From contig CBFFSA010000005.1 of the NCBI GenBank assembly GCA_965644495.1, positions 682,001 to 746,000 on the forward strand: a stretch of 64,000 nucleotides of DNA, read 5' to 3'. Position numbers and translations under genes: made by a program. Below the pieces are notes generated by a model. The model was not told the origin of the DNA, searched no databases, and worked only from the letters and a program-made list of their open reading frames with translations. Shown here one piece after another: positions 47,357 to 58,424 of this stretch (its first letter is position 1; every line of letters begins with the position of its first letter). This stretch comes from Perkinsela sp. CCAP 1560/9 (lineage: Eukaryota; Protista; Euglenozoa: Kinetoplastea).

Positions 47357-48716
47357 TTACCCTAACTGATAGTTTAACTTTGAAAGATGCAGTGTTTTAA
47401 CCGCTTCCTGTGAGAGTGGGTTTTGGTACAACACCACCATAGTCCGGCCCACCCCCTCCTGCACTACGACCTCTGAGAACAAATTCACATCCAACCGAAG
47501 CGTAAGAAGGGAGGCTGGAAAATTCCCCAACACAACCTCTCCTTTCAAGCTGTTCTCCCGAAACATTGATGTTCATGTTTTTTTTTTGATGTTCATGCGC
47601 TCGTTGGCGCAGAGATACAGCCCTTGATGCGACAGCCGATATCATCGGCACAATCCGTATTGACGGATGTCGCACCAAGGGGGTTTAGCTCGGACTCTGT
47701 CGGTAGAGGGGGTCCAGGCAACTCGCCCTCTCTTTACGCAGCCGGAGGGGCGCACTGCAACCGACTCGGTCCCAGTCGGTAGAGGTGGTCCAGGCAACTC
47801 ACCACCTCTTTACGCAGCCGGAGCGGCGCACTGCAACCGACCGCTGCCTCACGATAAGACGAGGCAGAGCCACGCCCAGTGGTCCTCAAGGGAGGCCACC
47901 ATGGCGCATGGCTCCCCGGGAAGGAAAGGGCGCGAAGGGAAGAAACCCGGGGAGGGAAGAAAACCCACTCAAGGAGTGAGCCGGGGAGGGGTGATGGGGT
48001 GGAAGCGCGTCCCCTACTTCGCCGAGAAAGAGGGACAGTTTCGGCCTTAGTGCCGGCCGGCAACGGGCATATAAAACAGTAAGATTATGCCCGTTGCCGG
48101 GGAAAGAAAAGATGAACTAAAGGGAAAATGTACCAACAAGGTACAGAAACTGTATCTTTATCGACAACATGGTCAACCCCACCGGGAGCTGCGTAAGATC
48201 CAGCACACTTCCAAAAAACCGATTCTGATCCGCTCGCATACTTAACAACCCTGCCGGGAGCTGTGTGAGATCCGGCTGCCCGGTCATCTCATTTCTACTC
48301 AAATCCAGCGTCCGCAGGGCCACCGGGAGGTTCGTAAAATCCTGCCCCCCCTGTAGGCCCTGGTCGTCCACGTAGAGCGACCGCACGGTGGCGGGGGCCT
48401 GCGCGAGTCGCATCCCGCCCTGGAGGCGTCGGGGGGGGGAGGCGCTGTGGAAGTAGCTCCCCCAGTTGATCCCCTCGACCCGAGCCGCCCCGTCGCACCG
48501 CACCCCCGCCCAGGTACACGGGGAGACGGGGCGGGTCGCGCCCCACCGGTGGTTCCGGCGCGCGGTGACCCAGGAGGGGTGGGGGAAGGCGAGGGCGGCG
48601 ACGAGGGACGCCATGGTGCTCTCGACGGGGAGAAGCGCCCGGGAGACTTTACCGGTGCGCGTGGAGGGGGGAGGGGGAGGAGAGGGGGGGAGGTCGGCGG
48701 TGCGGGAAAAGAGCAT
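47357..48716 (-). pseudogene. LRR gene interrupted by a ~600-bp non-coding insertion
   Basis: 5' part (CTWAGVRC, LRRs) ends ...LTMLSI at ~48160. The frame resumes at ~47561 as RENSLKGEVVLGNFPASLLTLRLDVN, completing the LRR. Confidence 0.8.
47562..48159 (-). mobile_element. Spliced-leader-headed structured retroposon-like insertion
   Basis: Starts AAAGATACAGTTTCTGTACCTTGTTG|GTAC; has many hairpins and a duplicated ~67-nt module; ends CATGAACATC(A)10CATGAACATCAATG. Confidence 0.7.
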
Positions 48717-49244
48717 GGGGGGTTGGGGAAAAAGGGGGAGGGAGGATAGGGGTAGGGTGAGGAGAGGAGAGGAGAAAAAATGGCCTTCAAAGGGTTGGAA
48801 GGAGGGGAGGGAAACGTTTTGTGGTGTTTTGTTTTTGAGAAAAAAAAGTCGAAAGGAAGGATTCAAAATAAATTTGGTAAAATGCGAGTAAGCGGGCGAA
48901 TGAAGACAAGTCAGGTAGTAGGGGGTAAGGGTGTAAAGCGGAGTGTAAAGCAAGCAGAACAAATTGATCGGGTTTTAACGAAACAGCTAAAAACCAGGTG
49001 AAGCGCAACTTTAAGAGATCTACACACCCGCGGCTTACACTTCTATACTATGATGCTACGTAAGATAATCTCTAGAAAGAAAATCAGGGCTCTAATCTGC
49101 AGTTACCCAGTGTGATCCTGTGTGTGCTGTGCCACCCAGTGCAACCTGTGCTACCCAATATTACCCATATAAACTTTTAAAATACACATTCTGATACGAA
49201 GTACAGAAAACTGTATTATTATGACAGCTATCATTGCATAAACG

Positions 49245-51503
49245 TTATTTTTTGTCTGAGCATTTGGTCAAGACAGGCGCCAAGCGCTCAATTAATTGGC
49301 TTTTTGTACCAGTGGTTACGCATCCCCTTTCCTTTAGTAGCGAACGTAACTGTAAAACTGTGAGAGTAGATAACTGAATCGCGGATATGTCTTCCGGGGT
49401 CAAGTTTTCGATGGATTTATTTTCCCTGTAGCCCTCTTTTCGACTTGCGCGTTCGTGCTGGGCTGTTTCGGATCGGCGTTCTTTACTTTTTTCCTGATCT
49501 TCTTCAGAGCTTTCCTCGTCTAAAATCATATCGCTGCCATCCGAATCCCCAGAACTCTCAACGAGGTATTCGCTACTTTCGTCGTATGTACCCTCCGAGT
49601 CATTGTCTTCAGTCCCAAACTCACTCTCTTCCGAGCCTTCTGTTTCGTTTTCACTAGAGGATTCGGAACCCTCCGCTATCGAGGCCGTCTCCTCATCCGG
49701 GACAATAAACGGTTCTTGATGCGTAGAGGAGCGTAGAATATTTTCCTCAAACTGCCCAGGCTCTAATTCCAGAACAGAACCTGCACGGCTGGAGCCATGA
49801 CTCGTTGCCACAGACAACCGAGAGTGGACATTGGGTTCCTTTATTGATAACTTGCTTTGTTCTCTTTCTGCATCTTCTACCAAATCCGTTAAATGGGTTT
49901 TTCGAGAAACGCTCTCTTGGTTTCCTTTTGACTTTTCGGATTTTGAAGTCACTTTTTTGGATGCTCTTCGTCTCGAGTGCTCCATCCTATCGTCGATTTC
50001 AAGATCACTGGGATTAGTAGAGGACTCTGAGTCGTACAACAGTGGATCTTGGGAGTACGCTGCGGGCGGGTGACTCTCGTGAAGGTTTGCACCACACTCG
50101 TCGATTTCATAACGGGACAGGGAGGATTGTGGCGTTCCCCAGTGAACACTTTCCTCATCGGTACATTTTTCGGCACCGTCTACAAATTCACTGTTCTCGT
50201 CTCCCTTGCTTTTTGCAGACAAAGAATTCATTCGCGCATTTGTCCAGTCATCGCCCATTGGAGTATCAAACAGTTCTTGCTCGGAAGAAGGAAGCGTACT
50301 GTTTCGGAGACTCGCATGGGCATTTTTTCTTTGGTTTTGGCTCTGGAAGGAAGCAATTGAGATTCGTTGAGTTTCTTTTGTTGTTTTGTCAGAGGCATTG
50401 TCCAAATCCCAATCTTGGATTCTTCGAGAAAGTCGAGATAGGGAATCCGGACGCGAAGAAGCTGCGGCGGTGTAAAAACTGTTTCGAGAGTGAGATCGCA
50501 CCGAGGATGACTCAGTTTTTTCATTTTCCATATTGGCTATTCTCTCCGTTGTGCACTCAGCCTTTAGAAGAGAACTTCGGGACACTGCAACGTCACCAAG
50601 AGATGATGTTGGAGTAAACCGTTTGGAGAGTACCGTGGCACTCAGTCGTGTGGATTCTTGGCGTACAGATTCTCTCGAAGCGCATTCTTCTGCGCTTTTT
50701 TCCTCAATGGTCTCAGTCGATTGTTTACTCACAGCATGCAGCGATGGGGCAAAGGCTGGCAAAGGTGAACATACTTTTGGTACAGAGTCTCCTAAGGTAA
50801 CACTCACTCGAGGAGCATCATTGATAAAGGCATTTCCCGTAGTCACAGTGGGGCGTATTTTTTCATTAGGTGGTATGGGGGAAGGAGATTTCGAAAGATT
50901 ACCCCCAGAGACTCGGGAAGTTTCAGCATAAGGTGAGCTCATTTTTGGATAGGCAACGTATCCGGAGTTGGATGGAATATTCTCTGCCCATCCTAATACG
51001 TTGGTCTGCGTTTGGTTTTCTCTGTTGGGTGTATCTGTTGCCTTTTTTGTTTTTGAAGGAACCGTTTTAGAGGGTGCTTTCGTGTCAGAAAGAAATGTTT
51101 TCACTTTCCGTAAGACGACCGAACCTGCGCTCTTCTTTGTATTTTCCTCCAGGACAGTGTTCTCACTTTCATGGCAATGATTCTCTTGGTGGACATGACT
51201 CGTACCCAAAGAGTTCCGTACATCGCTTGTTACGGATCTATCCAAAGAAAGAGCCTCATATAAGCTATCTGACAACATGGCGAGTTCTTTTATCACACTC
51301 AGCGGCTCGCGTAGTCCACGGACAGCATCGGAGAGTATTCCGTCGGTTACATTCATCACGGTGCCATCGACTTCAAGAACGATACGATGAAAAGGGGAAG
51401 GAGTGGGCAACACATTGGCACGTCGGGTGGCAGGATCCCGTGCCCATTGGGGGGTTGCCTCTTTTGCCTCGACGTTGGCCGGTTTTGTCAAAAATCGAGG
51501 CAT
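49245..51503 (-). CDS. Large Ser/Glu-rich, probably disordered protein with C-terminal SAP domain
   Basis: LSTLTVLQLRSLLKERGCVTTGTKSQLIERL fits the SAP consensus. Probable start MPRFL at 51503; the ORF is open to 51707. Confidence 0.8.
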   Translation of the reverse strand: MPRFLTKPANVEAKEATPQWARDPATRRANVLPTPSPFHRIVLEVDGTVMNVTDGILSDAVRGLREPLSVIKELAMLSDSLYEALSLDRSVTSDVRNSLGTSHVHQENHCHESENTVLEENTKKSAGSVVLRKVKTFLSDTKAPSKTVPSKTKKATDTPNRENQTQTNVLGWAENIPSNSGYVAYPKMSSPYAETSRVSGGNLSKSPSPIPPNEKIRPTVTTGNAFINDAPRVSVTLGDSVPKVCSPLPAFAPSLHAVSKQSTETIEEKSAEECASRESVRQESTRLSATVLSKRFTPTSSLGDVAVSRSSLLKAECTTERIANMENEKTESSSVRSHSRNSFYTAAASSRPDSLSRLSRRIQDWDLDNASDKTTKETQRISIASFQSQNQRKNAHASLRNSTLPSSEQELFDTPMGDDWTNARMNSLSAKSKGDENSEFVDGAEKCTDEESVHWGTPQSSLSRYEIDECGANLHESHPPAAYSQDPLLYDSESSTNPSDLEIDDRMEHSRRRASKKVTSKSEKSKGNQESVSRKTHLTDLVEDAEREQSKLSIKEPNVHSRLSVATSHGSSRAGSVLELEPGQFEENILRSSTHQEPFIVPDEETASIAEGSESSSENETEGSEESEFGTEDNDSEGTYDESSEYLVESSGDSDGSDMILDEESSEEDQEKSKERRSETAQHERASRKEGYRENKSIENLTPEDISAIQLSTLTVLQLRSLLKERGCVTTGTKSQLIERLAPVLTKCSDKK

Positions 51504-51779
51504 AGAGATGTCGTAACAAAATAAGGAAGTCACAAAGAGTGGAATAACCAGTGAGGAAAACAAGAGAAACATAAAGTAGAATATGCGAAATGAGTGATGA
51601 AGCGATAACAGTGGAGTGGACGAAACCATTCGTGTGACATGTTTAGTAGTAGAACACATCCACATGAATTCAAGATACAAAAACAAGACCGTATGTTCAA
51701 TAATCAAATAAAATGGAGTAGATATCCTGTGCCACTAATGAACTCGTAGGATCCAAGATAAAGTACCCTCGGATTCTAT

Positions 51780-52706
51780 TCACCAATTTACACTTGTGAG
51801 CATAATGTAGAGGAGAGGAAAACCCAGTCCTACAGCACCTAAACCGATTGCCCACATTGGGGTGGTTGCTCGTTGTCCCTTCGTAGAGCTTCTGGACATC
51901 GCTCGAACGTTTTCTGCTGGAGACGCAATCAAATAATCTTTGTCGAGACGCAAACAACGCAATTCAGGAGGAGCCTGAAGAAAGTTAACCTCTGCATCAA
52001 ATTGATTCGAATAAAACGATGCACTTCGAAGCGAAGCCGGAAGAAGCGCGAGGTCCAGTTTTCCATAAAACTTATTGCGTGAGACGTTTAGCGTTTCTAG
52101 CTGTCTGGGTAGATTTCGAAAGGACGGGTACCCATTGAAATAATTGGACGAAATATCAAGGTGTGTCAATCCGACAGGGAGAGACGTGAGATCAACAGCC
52201 AAACGAAATCTATTTCCCGAAATGGACAAAAACTCCAACGGCTGTGGGAGACGGGTAAAATCAAACGATCCATGAAACTGATTTGCGTCGAGCTGCAAAT
52301 GACGAAGCCCCTTGGGAAGCCACCATGCTGCAACTTCACCCGATAGAGCATTGTGGGATACGTCCAAAATGCCCAGAGAGTCTGGAAGAGCTCTCCAATT
52401 AGGATTTCCTTCTAATCTCTTGGAGGATGCTGGGTAAAGAGAAGACCATCGAAGCGCGTGTATTATGCCATCCGACGTACATTCAACGCCTTTCCACTTT
52501 GAAATATTTTCGTCGCTATTCCAAGAAGGATGGCGAAATGAAACATCTTCAAGAAACTGAAAGAGTCGCTCTGAAGGAGAAAGAATAAGAGAGCTGTGAA
52601 CTTTCCCAGGTCGTCGGCAACTTTCACTACACTTCAAACCAATCACGACGGCCATGTTCGATTTAGAGAATTTATTGAACACTCGACTTTTTTTAACCTT
52701 TAACAT
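51780..52706 (-). CDS. LRR protein with C-terminal hydrophobic anchor
   Basis: WKGVEC cap, ~6 LRRs, C-terminal WAIGLGAVGLGFPLLYIML. Confidence 0.85.
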   Translation of the reverse strand: MLKVKKSRVFNKFSKSNMAVVIGLKCSESCRRPGKVHSSLILSPSERLFQFLEDVSFRHPSWNSDENISKWKGVECTSDGIIHALRWSSLYPASSKRLEGNPNWRALPDSLGILDVSHNALSGEVAAWWLPKGLRHLQLDANQFHGSFDFTRLPQPLEFLSISGNRFRLAVDLTSLPVGLTHLDISSNYFNGYPSFRNLPRQLETLNVSRNKFYGKLDLALLPASLRSASFYSNQFDAEVNFLQAPPELRCLRLDKDYLIASPAENVRAMSRSSTKGQRATTPMWAIGLGAVGLGFPLLYIMLTSVNW

Positions 52707-53708
52707 ACTTTTACGCTTTCGAAAATCACTTTCACAGTTAGAACCTGTATCTAAAGATTTACCGCGTGTAGTAATAAATCCTAAAACGTATCAAAATACA
52801 TCTAAAAACGCATAAAAGAAACTTTTGTTTTTAAAAAGTACGTGATATTACGGTTGTGTTTTTTTACCGTTGCACAAAAAAAGCCGTGGGACGAGGGGGG
52901 GTATGTTAAGTGTCGCAGGCCAGAATAACATACCCCCCCGGTATATTATCCAAGGTATAGGTATGTTAAATGGGTATGTGGTTTAGTGTAATATAGTGTA
53001 ATTTGAATAATCTGAATAATATAGAGTTATTGAATAATATACGGTTCAACTTATCCTTCTGCTCCAACTTATCCTTCTGCTTTTAACTTGTCTTTACCTA
53101 CTTCAAAGCAGTAATAACTCTCGAAAATTCTGAGGAATCTCCCAGTTGAGACATTTTCGAGGTCGATTATTCAGCTTTTGTGCCGTCTTGCTCACTTCAA
53201 CTTGCGTCAAAGTTTCGAAGGTGTCAGACTTTGAATGGTATTGACGAACCAAACCGTTCATATTTTCGACGGCCCCCTTTTCCCACGAATGATAAGGCAG
53301 AAAGAAGTAAGACTTACAGTTTAATTTTCTAAAGGGGGGGCTCGTCTATTGTTGCGATATCTTTTTTTGCCAACAATAGCCGATTGCCAACAATAGATGA
53401 TACAATACCCCCCTTAACCAACAATAGATGGAACGGCAATAAAATCATCTATTGTTGGCCATCAAGGTAACTTACGCTACATTTATCACTTACACTACCG
53501 CCGCCCCCCCTCACATACACGAGGATACATATACGTATCTTCGAAAAATAAGAAATTTTCGAAAATTTCGAAAAACGTGGAAATTCTGACCTTAGCAGAC
53601 TCCAGGATTTTATCCGTCATACATGGCAATGGATCAAAAAAATCAAAATTAATTACAGTGAAGTATTCAAATACGAGTGGATTATAATGCGGTTATTTTT
53701 AATTAATT

Positions 53709-55341
53709 AGTCTCTTCGTTAAACGCGGTGGTTGTTTTCAACTTAGAAGTCACTCATGCTGCATGAAAACTACCGCCGCGTTTAACGAAGAGCCTAAAAA
53801 AGAAAATTTAGCCTGGAAAACGGAAAGATTATAGCCGAAAATAGCCGATTTTTGGGTAAAAATGTGGCCATTTTTGGGTATTTTTGCTCTCAAAGCACTA
53901 AATCCGACATTTGCGCGTGGGAAATCACTCGCAGGCATGAATGGAAGCCTACCGAACGTATTGGGTAGAGAATGCGACTCCAACCATACCATTCCTTCGA
54001 CACAAAAATGCCCTTTAGGTCCGAAAAACACTTTTTCACCTTTTTTAGTCAAAAATGGGTCATTTTTAGGGGCGCACCACGGTTCGAAGAAGGGATACCT
54101 TGTGAAAACAACTGCGGAGAAAGCTAGTGTAGGTCCCAAACTATCAAAATACAATAGGGGAAACCATTTTGGAAAAATATTTTTTTTGCCATTTTTTTCG
54201 CCAAGTTCAAATTTTTTTCAAAATGTTTTTTCCTAAAAAATTCGGACTTAGCGGACCCGTCCTGCGGATACGCAGGAGGGTCACCCCCGGGTAGGGGGTG
54301 GAAAATGCGCGCCAAGACCCCGGCTACCCTTTCTGCGGTTTTTTTTCGAAAACTTATTTTTTCGAAAAAATTTGCTCGACCATGACCCCCCCCCCCCTGG
54401 ACCCCCCCCCTGGACCCCCCATTTTTTTCAATTTTTTTTTCAGTTTTGGACCACCGGAGCCCCCTTTTATATTTTTTTCTTCTATTATATTACTGTGTTC
54501 CCCTTTATATTTTTACTGTTTTTGTTCACTTTTTTTTCAATAATCGAGTGTAGAGCGGTAGTTTTACAACCACCGCAATTACGGTTACTTTTAATTAAGA
54601 TTATTTTTAGCCCCGAAAAAAAAGACTTTTCTTTCATGTCTATCACCGTCGGGCTCACTTTCATACGCAACACAAACCTTTATAAAATGATCACAGACGA
54701 ATCCAATAGCTTAGGTTCTTAAAAGTTACTCAAAAAGTGTGTTCAAAAATTATTAATTTACGAGTGGATTATATTACGGTTAATTTAATTAAGATTGCGG
54801 TGGTTGTAAAACTACCGCTCTACACTCGATTATTGAAAAAAAAGTGAACAAAAACAGTGAAAATATAAAGGGGAACACAGTAATATAATAGAAGAAAAAA
54901 ATACAAAAGGGGGCTCCGGTGGATCAAAACTGAAAAAAACGCGCAAATGTCGGATTTAGTGCTCTGAGAGCAAAAATATCCAAAAATCACCCCATTTTTA
55001 CACGAAATTCGGCTATTTTTGGCTATAATCTTTCCGTTTTCCAGGCTAAATTTTCTTTTTTAGGCTCTTCGTTAAACGCGGCGGTAGTTTTCAACGCGAA
55101 GCTCGCAGCATGAGTGACTTCTAAGTTGAAAACAACCACCGCGTTTAACGAAGAGCCTAAAAAATCAATTTTAGCCAAAAATAACCTTAAAAGCGTAATT
55201 AAATAATATTTTCTTTTTGGTCCACCGGAGCCCCCTTTTATGTTTTTTTCTTCTATTATATTACTGTGTTCCCCTTTATATTTTCACTGTTTTTGTTCAC
55301 TTTTTTTTCAATAATCGAGTGTAGTTTTACAACCACCGCAA
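53709..55341. mobile_element. Family C cluster: full copy 53709-54579 (+), internally deleted copy 54794-55158 (-), 3' fragment 55215-55341 (+)
   Basis: Diagnostic termini. Confidence 0.85.
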
Positions 55342-55349
55342 CCGTAATT

Positions 55350-56911
55350 AAACCCAGATTGAAAGGAGCGAGGGAGATACGAAGCAACAGGCGTGGCAGA
55401 TTCCCACTGAAAAGAAATGATATCTCCCCGCACGAGAAAAGACTTTGAGCTTGCTAGCTCGGAGACAAACTTCGTGCAGGGATATACCATTTCTTTTCAG
55501 TGGGAATCTTCCACGCCTGTTGCTTCGTATCTCCCTCGCCCCTTTCAATCTGGGTTATCTCCCAGCTGGCCACCCTTCCACAACATGGCGATCTGTAACA
55601 ATACTCTCTAAATGGAACACCAGTGCAGCCACTGGTGGCGCACGATCTCTCATGTGGGTGTTTCATGTGCAGTCACCTGCACCCACGTTCCACTCTAGCT
55701 ACACACTGCATCAATACAGTCACCGCCTCACGTGGCAGTACACTTACTCTCGCACTTGCCACTGTAGCTACATTGCATTTCTGCAGTCACTTCCTCACGT
55801 GGCAGTGCACTTACTCTCGCACTGCAGTCACTGAATCTCTCACGCGCCACTGCATCTGCACTGCGTTCACTGCCTCACGTGGCAGTACACTTACTCTCTC
55901 ACGTGCCACTGCATCTACACTGAGTTCACTGCCTCACGTGGCAATACACTTACTCTCTCACGTGCCACTGCAGCTACACTGCATCACTGCCTCACGTGGC
56001 AGTACGCTTACTCTTTCACGCACCACTGTACTTACAGTGGTAGTGCACTTACTCTTGCACGTGCCACCGTGCACACGTATGCACGTGGCACTTACTCTTT
56101 CACGTACCACTGTACCACTCTTTCACGTGGCACTTACTCTTTCACGTACCACTGTACCACTCTTTCACGTGGCACTTACTCTTTCACGTACCACTGTACT
56201 TACAGTGGCAGTGCACTTACTCTCGTACGTGCCACCGCAGCTGCACTGCATCACTGTGCAACCACTGCCTCACGTGGCAGTGCACTTACTCTCTCACGTG
56301 CCACTGTAGTTGAACTGCATCACTGTGCAACCACTGCCTCACGTGGCAGCACACTTACTCTTTCACGGGCACTGTAGATGCACACTACCACTCGGACCTT
56401 CTCATTATTTTGCTCTCTATACATATACGAAATGCAAACCGTGTTTTTGGTGGCCAGCTGGCCACTTTTTCGAGAAAAAAAAATCCGAAAGAAAAATTGT
56501 TCCGAATTTGTTTTTTTTGGCGATCCTTGAGCAAATAATTTTTTTTTTCGATTTCTTTTAGTAAATTCGAATTTTTTTAGTAAAATGTCGATGTCGGGAA
56601 TCGAACCGCGGACGTTCAGCGTCAAAAAGGAACCCCTTTACCAACTGGACTACTCAATGGACGCTCCGTAGTCAACCCGTTTGTCGTATCGCAGACCTTT
56701 GCACACGCACTTTTGTTTACGAAAAATGTTCTAAAATTTGGGAAATAAGGTTGTTTTAGATGAGTTTTAGAGTATTTAAGAGTTCATCTAATGACCTACT
56801 GCTACGTTTTGGAATTTTGAAAAAACTCGATCTTGTGCTTCTTTGACGATCTTTTTCAGTTTTTGGAATTAACCTTAGTAAGCGAGTTAGATACTCCGTA
56901 TCTCCCTCAAT
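55350..56911 (+). mobile_element. Family D element, full length (~1.56 kb)
   Basis: Same layout as 41359-43472 with a shorter satellite and an inverted hairpin loop. Confidence 0.85.
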
Positions 56912-58424
56912 ATAACACTGTAAATGTCAACAATAACCGATTGCCAACAATAGATGATTTTATTAGTTTGCCAACAATAGATGATTGCCAACAATAGACG
57001 TACCCCCCCTTTATTTACCTTTTCATGATTCCAAAATTCGTTTCCATTGTCGTATGTAATAGTGTGAACTTTGAATTTTTTCAATCCTTTCAAAATTTCC
57101 CTTTCAACTTCTTTTGACTGCTTCGTTTTAAGGGCACGAAGAACAGCAAACCTACTCTTGCGCTCACACAAAGTCAAAATATATCCACTCTTTTGACTTC
57201 CTTCCACAAGATCAGCCTCCCAGTCACCATACCGGCGCCTTTTGTTGACGATTTCAGGGCGCATACTGATAGGCACGCGGTTTGGAATCGTGCTCCGGCC
57301 ATGCGCTCGACGCTTGTAGGGGCGCTTTCCTCTAATGCGTAGAGCCTTGTGTACGCTACCGCTTGCATCCTTATCCCGTCGGACGAAACGATAAATTGTG
57401 GAAGTAGACGGGGAGCCCTGTGAACCAACGATTGATGTATGAGCAACTTGCTCTGGGCTATGAATTTTTTTGAACCGAGCTTTAACTTTTGATTCGACGG
57501 CTCCACGAATAATCTGAGGCCTCGTCCCTTTCTTACTCAGGCGATTTCGTGCGACACGATTCGCACGGCCAGCCAAGTAATACTTGCCCCTTTTCTTGTT
57601 TCGTACCAACTCTCGGCAAACAGTGCTGTGAGATTTTTTTATAGAACGGGCAATTTCTCTGCGTGTCGATCCGCTCTCATGCATCGTCTGAATGTCTTGC
57701 CGCTCCTGAAGAGTTAATCTTCGATATTTAGGCATATAAAGTGCGAGTTTCGATTAGAAAGAAAAGCTACTAATTATGATAAAATACATGTATGTAAAAT
57801 ACATGTATGTACCTCTTGGTGCACTGAGTATGACAATCCTATAAATTGTGGTGCACTGAGTATGACAATTTGGTGCACTGACATTGACAATCCACCATAC
57901 CGTTCCCCGGGTTACATTTGAGAGTCTGATTACTACATTTTCACCCTTAAAAATTTCAAAAAAAAATTACGCCCTTTTAAGCGAAAAAGTCTTCCCCCCT
58001 CTGAGAAATTCAGCTTTTTTGATGTGTTTTTGCTCATTTTTGTTGCAAACGAGAGATCACGCTTCCCTCACGAAGATGATTGTTGCCCTTTTTTCATAGG
58101 GAGACCCCTCGTGCCCCCTGATCGCAGAACTGCGCATTCCTGGAAAACAGAAGTGGAACGTCAAGTTTTTACTATATTCTTTGTTCCAAGGTTTTGGTCG
58201 ACTAAAAATGGCGGGAACGTACAGATCTCAAAAATCTGAACGAAAATATGGTATCATAACCCTATCATGCCCCCTCGTGCAAAAGATAAGGGGGGGTGCC
58301 TTATTGGTGGCCAGGGGTTTATATCCGCCCCCCTTTATTCAATAATCGAAAAAAAAGGAGTAGATGATATCCTGTGCCACTAATGAACTCGTAGGATCCA
58401 AGATAAAGTACCCTCGGATTCTAT

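Larger units (their letters stand above)
53332..57011. mobile_element. TIR element (MITE-like) with TA target duplication, containing nested C and D elements
   Basis: TIR AAGGGGGGG(CT/TA)CGTCTATTGTTG at both ends; TA at 53330-53331 and 57012-57013; subterminal CCAACAATAG repeats. Confidence 0.85.
53099..57893 (-). mobile_element. IS30-family transposon, copy 3, split by a 3.7-kb nested insertion
   Basis: 57735-57012 encodes MPKYRRLT..HTH..RYGDWEADLVEG..TITYDNGNEF..HEKVN. 53330-53099 continues RKLNCKSYFFLPYHSWEKGAVENMNGLVRQY..LNNRPRKCL. Confidence 0.9.

Noticed and set aside
52733-52756. SL-like TAGATACAGGTTCT upstream of an LRR gene (weaker one at ~61435)
   Set aside because: Match too short and degenerate, and the sequence after it does not match the paralogue's leader as a retrocopy would.
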